Below, piece after piece: positions 51,901 through 64,000 of a stretch of 64,000 nucleotides of DNA. The translations under genes were made by a program, and so were the position numbers. Source of the stretch: Rhina ancylostomus (taxonomy: Eukaryota); assembly GCA_030265395.1 (NCBI GenBank), contig JARFYF010000104.1, positions 77,498,624 through 77,562,623 on the forward strand, in the 5' to 3' direction. The notes under the pieces were generated by a model that had not been told where the DNA came from, ran no database searches, and saw nothing but the letters and a program-made list of their open reading frames with translations. Every line of letters starts with the position of its first letter. Position 1 is the stretch's first letter.

Positions 51901-54900
51901 CAGGTAGGTATTATTAACTGGATATTCCCTGTCTGGAACTCAGTGTAGCAATACCATTTGTTGGAATATTGATAAATTTTAATAGCTGTGAAATTAGCAA
52001 CTGAATAGCACGAGCACCCCCAACTAGGTCAGTGATAAGATCTTTTTATTAGTCACATGTACATTGAAACACACAGTGAAATGCATCCTTTGTGTAGAGT
52101 GTTCTGGGGGCAGCCCGCCGGTGGAATAAGCCACGTTATTCCACACTCCCTTCCTCATGCCCAACCCATTTCCTCCATGTATATGCATATATAATCCCTT
52201 AACTATGACTAAAAGTTTTCATTTTTAATACCTATTGAATGGCTCCAAACACAGACAGCAATGAATTGGGTAGAGAGGAAATACTTTGGCAATTTTTGAG
52301 GTAATTCAATGGAGAATTCAGCATTTTAAGTTTGCTTACACTTCAGCGCTTTAATTTTGAATTTTTACCACAGACCACAATGCTTTACGATGTTGAACTC
52401 TGAATAAATTTAACAATAAAGGATAATGTTCTCAATGCTGAACTAAGGGAGTCCTCCATAAGTGGAACTTCTGTTCTCGGGAGGAGGTGCTAATTCAAAT
52501 CTTATGTCTTCGAACAGTGCCATGCAATCATCACTGGTCACAAGGGTAGAAGGAAGTTGTGTTGGAATGGGTTTCTTTCATGAGCTCTGGATATCTCAAA
52601 ACACTGTACAACTGCTGAAACACATTTTTTGTTTGATGTGTAGTCACAGTGGTAAACAAGGTAAATGCGGCAGTCAGTTTTTACACAACTAGTTTCCATA
52701 GGAGCAAGAGATAAAGCTACTGAATTTTTTTTTAGTCATGTTTGTTGAAGTTATCCCAACATGAAGAACTGCTATTCTCTTTATAGCTTGATTATTGTAT
52801 ACATCCGTAGAGATAAAGAAGTGCCTCAGTTTAAAGTTGCAGCCAAAAGTCAGCAGTCCTAACAAACTAGCACCTACTTATGGATAAATAGCAGGGTTGG
52901 CCGAGTTTATCTGCTTAAGTTCTTAGAATAGAACTTGAGTTATTTGAAACTATACAGATGTTACAGAAGGACAGTGAGTTCCTGCAATGCCTTAACCAAC
53001 ATTCATCCCATGAATAAAAAGTTGGTCGCACATTTCCATGCAAATTGTAGGGTCTTTCCACACGATGGCTGCTACATTTTCCAAATGTGTCAAAATAATT
53101 CAGCGTATGGGAAGAGATTGGTGACATTGAAGACTGAATGAAATCTTATAAACATTAGAGTTCTGTCATCCGTTTCAGTGCTGTGCAGCTTTTTCTGGGG
53201 AAGGCCAGACTGACCATCCGAATTACTTCAGAGGGCCACTCATGAAACATTTTTCATTTTAATCATGTATAACTTCATTTGTATTTTGCAATATTTGCAT
53301 TTTCTATCATATATGTGAAGAAACAAATGTTAGAGCTTATTAATATTCTTGTTTCTGTTCAGATTGCAACCAAGCCAACAATGACCCAATAATAATTGCA
53401 CTTTTATTTAAAAAAAAATACAGGAATTATGACTGGTGTTTTTAAGTTTAACAACATACTTTAAAAGTCATTTTTAAACCCCAGAACAGCCAACATTTTA
53501 TCATTCATTTTAAAATATTAATACTTCTCCAAATTAAGCATTTCTTTGCAAAGCATGTTTATGATCACATTTGTGGTTTATAAATTGGGAAAATGGATAT
53601 TCTGATGCCTGTGGATCTTTAAAATCTTGTGGATAATTTGCTTTCATTATTTTACTTTATTCTCTGTGATCCTATATGTAAATCATGTTGTTCAAGAATT
53701 TTCAGTTGAGAAAATTTTGTTTTTATAACCGACAGTTAGATATAAAACTTTGCATTCAAACCACACAAAATAATACAGTACGGTTTCTCACAGGAAGAGT
53801 TTATTTTCCCTTCTGTGCTTGGTATGCCCCAGCATCCCACCATGCCCCACCCCTCATACCACAGCTTTCAGTATTTGTAATGCATGTGATTCAATAAACA
53901 ATAATAAACTAAGACATAGAAAAAGTTTTCACGGCTGCAGCAGGGCCTGCATGTTCTATGTCACTATTTTCTGTTGATTATACTCACATATATATACTCA
54001 CTATATATAACATTGAGGAAACCTCGAATTATCATTAATTATTTGAACCTTGTCATTGGTCTGACAGAGTTGAGCATCACCTTTAATGAGGAGTTGGTGG
54101 GCTGGGAATATTTGACAAAGGGAGGGGGGATAAACAATTCTATCAGACATCTGTTTCCAAAGATTCAACTTGCTGTCCTGTTTCAAGTACTAGCTAGCAT
54201 CTTCATTACAGCTCTGCAATATACTATGTCTAAGTCGAAGGGTTATGATAAAAATCTGCATGTGAGAATGGGGCCCAGAATAATATTGAAATTGGGGTGT
54301 AAGGAAATGAGTTCAATTCTGAGCTCTTTCTGTGAGTTGTACAGTTTAAAATTGTCCTCCTCTTTGGGAAGCATCTTTTTTGGTAGTTTTTTAAAAAAGT
54401 TGCCATGTGTGTTTTTGTCCTTGCTTTCCATTGCTGTAAATAATTTTGGTCACAAATTGAAAGCCCTGGGATAAATGGCTGTTGGCTGCTGGGAACTCGT
54501 GGCCACATTGAAGGGTTTGGAGCAGGCCAGACAAAAGCATTACTGTCCTAAGATGACAAGTTGTGCAGTAAAAATCCTTTTAATTCTACTTTCATTACAC
54601 GGTGGTGTAAGAAATGTCAACTCCTGGCTTTATTAACCCATCAGTCAAATCAAATGACTGAGATTACTAACACACAACATTTGAGGATCAGTGTGCATAC
54701 CCAGGAGTTTGAATTATTTGGAAAGATTTCTCCAAAATGGTTATGGTGTAAAAGAAGATAATTTGATGTTTTCTGCCATCAAAGTACAATACAATACCAG
54801 GCTTCACTATAACCTCTTAATTAATACAATTAGGAATACTTTGATCAATAAGGCAGACATTAATTTAAAATGTTTTTTTATTGGAACAGAAATTTGACAG

Positions 54901-56029
54901 TTACTTAGTGCTTCATTATTATATATAAATTGTATTTAATGGGAGTAAGAAAAATCTTATGGAATTAGGGTTGACAGCTCAAGCTCTGGTGCTGAAATCA
55001 TTCAACTAGGAGTTAACTTCATTAGTCAAATTGATTTTCATTACTGGTCTATTGTATTTCTATTGTAGCCAAAGGTTAGAGATCAGCTTTGAACAAAATA
55101 GTTTTATGAGCACAATGTGCTCTGTAAAACCTAATTTCCCCACAATGTGCTACGTCACTGCTTAAGAGCACTTTGGTCGTCTGAATGTTTCTGTGGAGGA
55201 GAGTGACAAATGAATAAATTGCATCAGATATCTTTCTTGTATTTCCTAAGTTGAAGATATTATACTGAATGTTCATGATGTATAGAATTTTCTAAGATGG
55301 TACTTGTTGAAAACGTCTGAAATTCTTAACAAATTTACCACACCATTGCTTGTTTTAGTGATAAATTAAAGATTAGATAACAACCTTTTTAAAAATGCCA
55401 TTTTTAAAAACTCATTCCTTAAATATTTCTTCAAGGTTTTAGACAAAATGGGGAATATTCTTTGGTTGCAGTTATTACAGATATGGCATTAAAATGCCAA
55501 CACCATATTATTACATTGCACAAAGTACATTACTTTTTTTTCCAATGTAGATTTTGGCTATTTCCAATGTTGTTCCCATTTAATGTGATACAAGAAACTG
55601 ATAAAGTAAATGAAGTATCAAAATGTTGTAAGTCTGTATTTTTGTACCATAAGATTAATTAACTTGAAATTGTGATATTCTTTCACTTATCTCCTTTCCT
55701 TCATTTTCCTACCATATCCTCAAATCTTAGTGAATCTAGTTCTGCCTTCTCCAGATTTAAATTATGTTCTCAATTTCATATTTTAAAGTATTTAAACAAG
55801 ACGTAGCCTGTGACTTTTTGGGTGTTTGCAACATTCCTGTACCTGATGGGCAGGGATTTGGCTTTCCAAATTCCTGGTTTGGATGCAAGGCAAATGAAGA
55901 CCAATCTTTAAAATCCACATCTTTGACACCACCCGGGTATGCCTTTCACTGAAGGGCTCATATTCCCCATTCTAATTGTTCGTTAAGAGCAAGTCCATCA
56001 ACCTAAATGACACTGGAGGAGGCGCTTCA

Positions 56030-56240
56030 GACCATTATTGGTTTATTATTGTCACTTGTACCAAGGTACAGTGAAAAACTTGTCTTGCATACTGATTGTA
56101 CAGGTCAATTCATTACACAGTGCAGATATATTGAGGCAGTACAGGTAAAAACAATAACAGAGTGAAGTGTCACAGCTACAGGGAAGTGCATTGCAGGTAG
56201 ACAATAAGGTGCAAGGTCACAACAAGGTAGATTGTGTCAT
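56030..56240 (-). mobile_element. Probable LINE 3' end fragment
   Basis: Starts attattggtttattattgtcacttgtacc, i.e. AATAAAC plus an (AAT)n-like tail on the minus strand. A similar start (tttttattagtcacatgtac) occurs near 52045. Confidence 0.5.
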
Positions 56241-56669
56241 TATGTTAAGAGTGCTCTTTAAAAGAGCTGGTGTCTTACCCTCAGTCCCCTATATCCATGT
56301 ATTTTTCCAAATATTTATTCCCTTCCCTTTTTTTGCATTCTGACATCATTTTCTCTCTGTCTTTAAGTACCTTCACACTACACTTTTTAGATTCACTGAC
56401 TACTGTAAATTGCTTTTCTCTCTTTTTACCTTAATTGTGAACACCTCAGTTAGAATTCCTCAAAGTTTCTCTGCTCTGACTAAAATGATGTTTAACTGGT
56501 CTTTCCATGTACCTCTGCCTGGCATCATTTTCTTGAAAGTTTTCTGTATCCACCTTGTGCCTTAATATCCATTCTGAAGTTAAACCTCCAGTATTTAATG
56601 CAGCTTAATCATTGATTGCTATCAGTTTGCCATTACCTTTTGGCAAGCTTCAATCCCAACCATAAAACG

Positions 56670-57790
56670 TAAGAATGTCGTAAACTGGAGCAAGACTAGC
56701 CTAATCAGCCCTTTGACTTGCTCTGCCATTCATTGAGATCGTGCCTGGCCCATTTGGCTTCAACACCACTTTCTCACTCTCCATCCATATTCCTTTTGAC
56801 TGCATTGTAGTTCCAGTGTCTGTCAATTTTCACTTCAAGTATATTTATCTAAACATCTCTCTGGAGTAGAGAACCCTGAGAGGGAAAAAAATGTCCTCCT
56901 CGCGTCCATCTTAAATGAGCAAACCCTTATTCTGAAACCATGCCCACCCTATTTCTAGATATCCCCACTAGGGGTGCTTCCTCTCAGCATATATCCTTCA
57001 GCCCTCTCAGAATATTGTATGTTGCAACATAAGAATATAATGTCATGCCATACCCCTCAATCTTTCCCTTGAAATATTTCAATAACTCCACTTTAACATC
57101 CTTTTGTGGTGGGGCAGTGCCACAGCTATTCCAGTTGTTTCCTCCCAGCTCCAGAGACCTGGCATCAATCCTGTTCTGCTATGCTCTCTTTGTGGAGTTT
57201 GCACGTTCTCCCTGTGACTGCTTGCGTTTCCTGCCACACCCCAAAAACATTCAGTTTACAAGGTTAATTGGCCATTGTAGATAAATGGTTAAAATATGGA
57301 GGGTGGGTGGAAGCAAATGGGTGTATGGAGAGAATTAAATGGGTTCAGGTAGGGTGGGTGCTTGATAGCTGATGCAGGCTTGGTACACTGAAGGGTCTGG
57401 TTCTGTGTTGTACCTCTCTATTACTCAATGACTGAGAATTCCAGAGACTCACACCCCTTAGAAGTCTTTCCTCGTGTCAGTCTTAAATGGACAATCCCTT
57501 GTTCTGAAATCATGGCTCCTAGATGCTTCCACTTGGGGAAGCGTCTCCTCAATCTTGTGTTTCAGTAAGATTATCTTTTATTTTTTCTAAACTCCACTGA
57601 GTATAGGCCCAACCCCTTCACCCATTTTCATTTATCAACCCCTTCTTTCCAGAAATCAAAGGGACCATTCTTTTCACTGCCTCCCGTGCAGGTATATCCT
57701 ACCTTAAATACTAAAACTGCACAGAGTATTTCCAGGTGTGGCCTCCCAAAACACTTTGTAAAGTTGCATCATAACTTCTCAACTTTAATA
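56670..57790 (-). mobile_element. Nested cluster: two CR1-like fragments with an intervening SINE
   Basis: The homologous segment gtc(c/a)...tcttaaatg...ccctt(a/g)ttctgaaa...ctagat appears near 56905 and again near 57478, with a SINE between them. Confidence 0.55.
57105..57425 (+). mobile_element. HE1/V-SINE-like SINE, near full length, diverged
   Basis: tRNA-like head (gggcagtgccacagc...cagctccagagacctgg...caatcc), central tgtggagtttgcacgttctccctgtgactgc...tttcc...aggttaattggcc, and CR1-like tail gaagggtctggttctgtgttgtacctct. Confidence 0.65.
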
Positions 57791-58549
57791 TGTATGGAGT
57801 ATTAAATAGTTGCAAAATTCCATTTCTTGATGGCAGCTATAATTTGAAATGAGATGAGGTGTTTCTTGGTCTTGTTGAAGGTTTGCTCTGTATCTTGTAC
57901 AATAAAATACATCACTAACATTAAAACACAANNNNNNNNNNNNNNNNNNNNNNNNNNNNNNNNNNNNNNNNNNNNNNNNNNNNNNNNNNNNNNNNNNNNN
58001 NNNNNNNNNNNNNNNNNNNNNNNNNNNNNNNACAATGAGAAGAGCTTTATGCTGGACAGCCCAAAATTGTTATCACTTTCAATCTTTTCATCCCAATCCA
58101 TAAAAATGAGAGTTAAACTTGATCTTACTGTTTAATGAGCTCATGTGCACAGACAGAAAGGAGTTTGAAGTTCAATGGTAAAATGCTGCAGATACTGGAA
58201 ATCAGAAGTAAAAATAGAAAATGTGGAAATATTCAGTAGGTGAGGAAGTAGTTATTGAGGGGAAAAACAGTTAGCTTTTTGGGTCGAAGATCTTTCATTG
58301 TTAATCCTCCATCCCACTCGCACTCTGATCTCTCTACTTGTGGCCTCCTGCACTGTTGTCTGACTCGTTCCAGTACTTCAGGTTTCATTCCTGACCACTT
58401 GTGTACTTGCCTCTCCTCCAGACACACCACTTGTATCATTCAGTCACTCCTGGTCTCCGCTCTATAGTGGACCTACCTTGATTTTCTCTCCATTCCTCCC
58501 ACTTATTCTTTAAGTTAGTGTTTTGGCTCTAATTTCTTCCACCTCTAAG

Positions 58550-59095
58550 GAGCAGTTGGCCATTTAGCCTTTTAAGTCTGCCCTGCATTCATCAAGATCA
58601 TGGCTGATCTTCCACCTCAGCACCATTTTTTGCCAGTTTCCCAATATCACTTGATTTCCATGATGTCCATAAATCTATGGATCTCTGCTTTGAATGAGCA
58701 TAACGACCAGGCTTCCATGTCCACCCAGTCTGGTGACTTCTTCATTCAGACGGCGGTAAATCTTAAGAATTTTCCCCTTCATCTCATTCTAAACAGCCTC
58801 TTTTTTATTTTCAAGCTGTGTCCTAGATTCCCCACTCAAGGGAAGCATTCTCCCTGGATCTAGCCTGCCAAGTCATTTAAGAATTTAATATGTTTCTATG
58901 AGATGTCCCCTCATTCATCTAAACTATAAAGAATGCATTCTCAGTCTACTTGATCTCCCCTTGCACTGCAAATCCACCAACCCTGGAACTATTCCAGAGA
59001 ATCTTCACTGCATCCCCTCAAGTACATCCTTTCTTAGACAAGGAGACTAAAACTGTACACAATATTTCAAGTGCCATTGCAATGGTCTTATGCTT
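58550..59095 (-). mobile_element. CR1-like LINE 3' fragment
   Basis: cattcatcaagatcatggctgatct...ctagattcccac...ggagactaaaactgtacacaatatt is similar to the other minus-strand CR1 fragments in the window. Confidence 0.6.
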
Positions 59096-59316
59096 TTGCA
59101 ACAGGATGAAAGATGAAACCTGAAACATTGTCTCTTTTTCTCTGTCGGCAGATGCTGCATTTCCTGTTAGGTAGTTTGAGTTTACAGTTTTTAATTTAAT
59201 AGTTTATCTCTAGGAAACAGTATGTGTCAGAGTTTAATAATTGAAATGTATTTTCCTCTTCTAGATGGAAATATGAATGTTTTTCCCACTAACTGAGGGA
59301 TTAATTACTTGTTGCC

Positions 59317-59504
59317 ATGTCAACTAGCCATCATGCTTGCCTGCCTGATGTTCTTCCAGACTGCAATAGCTTGGTTCCTTTAGTGAAAGCAGTGGAAGAT
59401 TCTGCTGGTGCAGTGAATGGACAGCCACAGTATGTGATGCAAGTTTCAGCAAAAGACAGGCAGCTGCTGTCAACAACAGTGGTCAAGACGCTAAATACGC
59501 ACAG
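59317..59504 (+). CDS. MARCHF3: MARCHF3 first coding exon (exon starts at 59265)
   Basis: Acceptor ttttcctcttctag at 59264, ATG in GCCATG context at 59317, donor CAG|GTACAA at 59505; 188 coding nt. Confidence 0.92.
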
Positions 59505-61332
59505 GTACAAGAAATCTTTTCTATAAGATGAGTTTCAGCATTGTTAAGGAAGTAAAAATGCATTTTGACATTTGATGTGAAGGATAGTCTATTCTAGTCC
59601 CTATCTTGTTATCTGTGTAATCTGATTACACAGACTGCATCTTTGACTTCTGGCATAATTTATAATACTGGTTAGGTTACTGGCCTTATACAGTAAACTC
59701 TGTTAATCAAGCATGTTCAGAGCTTTGCTGGAAGTGATTATTTTCTAGACTCTTGGATGTTATTACCTATTAATACCCCAACTCAACTTTTAATTCACCA
59801 ATTTATTTTATTGTTTTGAAGGTTACATAGTAACATAATAAATTTTCCAGTCAATCCCGTACACTTAAAAGGAGTGCAGGAAATGGGGTTCTGGTGAGTT
59901 TCAAGAGAGTGTTGGAAACATTTACCCAGTGAGCCACATGCCGATTGCCAAAGCCTTACTGTAATTTGGACAGCAGATAAAATCTCCACAGGATTGTGTT
60001 AGACATTGACTAAATTCCTTTACTTCACTTTACCATCAAAATCAAACTTGAAAAAAGGCCAGCTCCATACTAATTCTAATGAAAAACCCAATTAAATTGC
60101 ATATTCTGGCCAGGGAATGCATATTCTGAGAGATCTGTTTAATTTTTGCAGTGCATTTCCTTCATTTTTCTTTAAACATGCACATAATTTAAGTTATACA
60201 TTTAAAATGCATTTACATTGCAGTAACCTATATAAGACAAGTCAACCTGATATGTGTTCCAGTCTTGCTATGATTCTATTTGCCCTGTTTTGGAGAGAAC
60301 ATAATATGTCTGGATAAACAGGTGCTTTTCAGCAGTTCTGTATTACCTGTGGGGAAATGACAATCACTACCCTCTTAGAGGTTTATAAAGTGTCCAGGGA
60401 GGCACATTGATCTCTTGAGCAGTTTAGAAGACTAGTTTAATATTGCACTGCACTGGTGAACTATGACTTGTAACATCTTGTGGCCCTGATTCCACTGGGA
60501 GTCTTGTGAATTAGTTGGATAACTAATTAGTATAGTTTTCACAAGGCCTCAACTAGAGTTCTATCATGTGGGATGCTTGGAGCCAAAGGCAAAGGATTAA
60601 AATCTGAATAGTCTGGGAAGAATTAAACCAACGTTTTGGAGACTGAAGGGGTATGTAATCTTTTACTGCATCACTTCTTTGCTATCTTTGTTTAACTTCC
60701 TTCTGGGTAGACTTCCTTTCAACTTTTATTTTTAAATTTCAACTAAAGTTATAATAGAAGCTGCTTATGTAAGCGTGTCCTACTGTAATGGTGTATTGNN
60801 NNNNNNNNCTTTGCAACGCTGGACTTGGAAACAACATTATAGTGTGTGGGTTCAGATCCCAGAATTTCTGCTATTGTTGCTTAAATGAAATAAGAAAAAA
60901 ACTGCATTATCTGTGTGTATTCCTTAAAGTCCGTTGCTTGCAAAATAAAAAAAGCTTATTTTTACTCATATTAATAATCTTTGAAGATATAGAAAGAACA
61001 ATTGTATATTCTTAGTGTGTCTGTGAAGGTTTATTTAAACTATCCCGATGTTAATCTAAATGTCATTCATGGCAGTTATACTATCTTTTAGCTTCAGACA
61101 TTGACAATGAACCTATTTCCTTTGCAGTGCATTCAATGACCGGCCTATGTGTAGGATCTGTCATGAAGGCAGCAATCAGGAAGATCTACTCTCCCCTTGT
61201 GAGTGTACAGGGACTCTGGGAACTATTCATAGGAGCTGCTTAGAACACTGGCTTTCTTCTTCAAACACCAATTACTGTGAACTCTGCCACTTCAAGTTTT
61301 CAGTGGAACGAAAGCCTAGACCATTAATGGAG
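59317..61332 (+). CDS. MARCHF3: E3 ubiquitin-protein ligase MARCHF3 (RING-CH), 5' partial; join(59317..59504,61128..61332), first 131 codons, continues beyond the window
   Basis: [16 protein letters not shown]...[21 protein letters not shown]...[70 protein letters not shown]4HC3 RING-CH domain; matches recalled MARCHF3 more closely than MARCHF2. Transmembrane exons are not seen in the window. Confidence 0.92.
61128..61332 (+). CDS. MARCHF3: MARCHF3 second coding exon (RING-CH domain)
   Basis: Acceptor ctatttcctttgcag and donor GAG|GTCAGT; 205 nt; phase 2 start fits the previous exon. Confidence 0.95.
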
Positions 61333-62477
61333 GTCAGTATTTCATCTATGTTCACAGAAATCTATTTAAAAACATGCTCACAGTGGGCAGCAATTGGTTT
61401 ACAGTCTTTTTTAAAACAAAAGCTGTGGTGTGAGGGTACAGAGAGAAGCTTTGGTTCCAATTGCACAAACTGCCCTCTGTAGTTTCAAAGAAAAGCTTTT
61501 CATCTTGAACTGAGGTCCATCTTTGGGAAGATGTGTTCCTTAGTTAATCCGTGCTTTACTTGAAATGGAATATGCTCCCTTGATGAGCACAACGTGCAAT
61601 ATTTTCATTGTTGACATGCCTTCCATACTTTCTCACCTGAAGTTACTTTTTCTTGTTTCCCCAGTATTTAATGCTCACTACCCAATATTTGTGTAGGTAT
61701 GTGTTCTCTAGTTCCAACATTTTTTAAAAGCTGAATCTTATTTCTTCCTATTTTTGACATTCTTTCAGGTATAGTTCTCCTCTGTCAATGTCAATTTATG
61801 CTGTGGGAGTGTCCAAGGNNNNNNNNNNNNNNNNNNNNNNNNNNNNNNNNNNNNNNNNNNNNNNNNNNNNNNNNNNNNNNNNNNNNNNNNNNNNNNNNNN
61901 NNNNNNNNNNNNNNNNNNTGTCAATGTCAATTTATGCTGTGGGATTGTCCAAGGTATCAAGGAGAATTCTCTGGCATTTATTTCTACATTTACATTCCTT
62001 AAACCACCCCCCCCCCCTCCTTTTTCCCAACAGACATAACTTTTGTTGTGGATATACTTGTGCACGCTTGCTATCATAACGTATTTATAAGTGGGTTAAA
62101 AAACGGTGTCTTGGCTTTCCTGCTTAGAAATGTAAAAAGCGTGCGCACATCACTGCGACAATGTGAAGAAGATAACCATTTTTGTTTGATCGTGTTGGAA
62201 GGAGAAATGTGAAACCAAAGATGAAACACTTTGATCAAGGTCTTCCAAATTGATTTCAATATGTACACAATTCTTGACTGAGTTGTCCTACAACCCATGC
62301 CATTTGCCTTCAGAGAGCAACTGTTTCATGGCTAATAGAACAAGGGTTCTGCAGTCTTGAACAGTAGAGTGGCTTACTCTTTATGTAACTTCATTCATTA
62401 TCACTTCATCCATATAATCTTCTGCTAACTGCTCTAGATTATGTTTTATGGGATATCCATGTGATTATTATCATGCA

Positions 62478-62790
62478 GCATGGTGGCACAGCAGCTAGCA
62501 TTGCCACCTCGCATCTTCAAGGACCCAGGTTCGATTCTGATGTCGGAAACTGTCTCTGTGACCACAGTGGATTTCTTCTCTCATTCCCAAATATGTGTTT
62601 GGATATTAATTGGCTTCTTAAATTAACCTTAGAGTAGGTAATAACAAGAAAAATCTGAGGAGTTAAAGGGCATGTGTGAGAGGGAATAAGTTACTAGGGT
62701 GTAGAAAATAATGAGGGGGGGAATGGGTCTAATGGGATTGATCCCTAGGAAGCTGGCCTGGACCTAACAGGTTGAAAGGTGCTTTGTGTT
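62478..62790 (+). mobile_element. tRNA-derived SINE (HE1/V-SINE-like), diverged
   Basis: A-box-like TGGTGGCACAGCAG and B-box-like GGTTCGATTC, followed by ...attaattggc...aaattaacctt... Confidence 0.6.
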
Positions 62791-64000
62791 TTAAGATTGA
62801 GGGTGGCACTTTTTTCCTCTTTATTTTGTCTTTCTCATTATCCTAAATTAACTTAAAACATTAGGGAAGATACAAATTCTAATCACAAAAAGGAACTGTA
62901 TTAACACTTCTGTTTAAAATGAAGTAAAGTGCACCAGGCTTAATGGATGTCTGTATTCCAAAAGAATATTCTGATTCCATTAGTGTAAATGGCTAAATGT
63001 TCCAATTGGTGTTGCTAATGTTGTTAATCACTAGTTTTTAGGGAAACTATTTCTCATATCACAAGCAAACACAGTAGGGATAGACGCAAGAGACTAGAAG
63101 CAGTTTATATCTAATTTTTACAGAAGTGTGATGGAAGAATTGATCTCAAGCTATTGTGAAAGTATTATGTATACATATGGCAGTTTTCTGCAGGTTTCAT
63201 GTTGAAAACCTTTGCTCTTGAGCAGATATAGGAGTGACAAAATTTAACGTGAATATAAGTTGAGGGGAATGTGGAAATCTACTTAAGTAAACCTTATTTA
63301 AAGCTGATGAACTTTGTATCTTTGCAGTAAATTGTGTAACATTACAACATGGACTAAGTGCAATTCTGCATTCTGTAGGAGATTGCAAGTCTATTGCATA
63401 AAGACCGCACAGGAAAATTAAGCTTGGGTTGCTGTAAGCTTGCTTAATGACATCTCATAGTTTAGTGCCATGTATTATTCTGCAGCACATTATTGAAACT
63501 GAGGTACAGAAGCTTGTGTGTTGGATTTTTTTGGTTTTTCCACTAACAACTAAATCTTTCTCTTTATGGAAAATTTTTGAGCGAAATCCCTTCATGACAG
63601 CATTAATTTTTGAATTAATTACTTGCAACAAATTTGCTAAATAATCTAACCCCTCATTACAATTCTACCTGGAGATGACTGCTGGTTGAAGCACTGAGTT
63701 GCATGTCACAGATTGGAGTTTTATTCTAGTCATATTTTTCAATGAAAGTTGCTCGTGAGACAATCTGATGCCAATGGCTTTGGCAAAGGATGCATGTGTT
63801 TGGATACCTGCTCATTTATCCCCACTAAGTGAATTTCTAGTTCTTGCCAATATCAGAAGACAAGCAGGTGGAAGCAAAAGTTATTAGGCAACTTTCTTTC
63901 ATTCAAAATGGTCAGCGATCCATTTTGGCAGGTGTAAAGAGCCAGGCTGCAAAATGAAAGCTCTTTTTTTTAAAAAAAAAACCTTTTCAAATGAATGCAA

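Noticed and set aside
53974-54474. 166 aa ORF in MARCHF3 intron 1
   Set aside because: Non-ATG start, no motifs, and composition typical of AT-rich chance ORFs.
61783-61953. ~35 bp direct repeat flanking an N gap
   Set aside because: Scaffolding overlap artefact.

Overview
This is vertebrate genomic DNA, not prokaryotic: AT-rich, spliced genes, two CpG-island promoters and many N gaps. The repeat content (CR1/L2-clade LINE relics, HE1/V-SINE-like SINEs, Penelope-like fragments) suggests a cartilaginous fish, probably a ray or shark; this is an inference. Two + strand genes are supported. (1) A complete ZFAND5-like A20/AN1 zinc-finger gene has a non-coding exon 1 ending at 470 and CDS join(6650..6800,8290..8389,10970..11067,12380..12502,13307..13455), 206 aa, with a probable polyA signal at 14933. 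(2) The 5' part of MARCHF3 (RING-CH E3 ligase) has a CpG-island promoter near 21.5 kb, non-coding exon 1 ending at 21844, a ~37.4 kb first intron and coding exons 59317..59504 and 61128..61332; the gene continues past the window. I found no convincing wholly new biological system. The most notable details are minimal hammerhead-ribozyme-like motifs in a recurrent inverted-arm repeat, a near-perfect ~140 bp inverted duplication in MARCHF3 intron 1, a NAGNAG acceptor inside the AN1 finger, a cluster of uATGs before the MARCHF3 start, and the ZFAND5-MARCHF3 adjacency.
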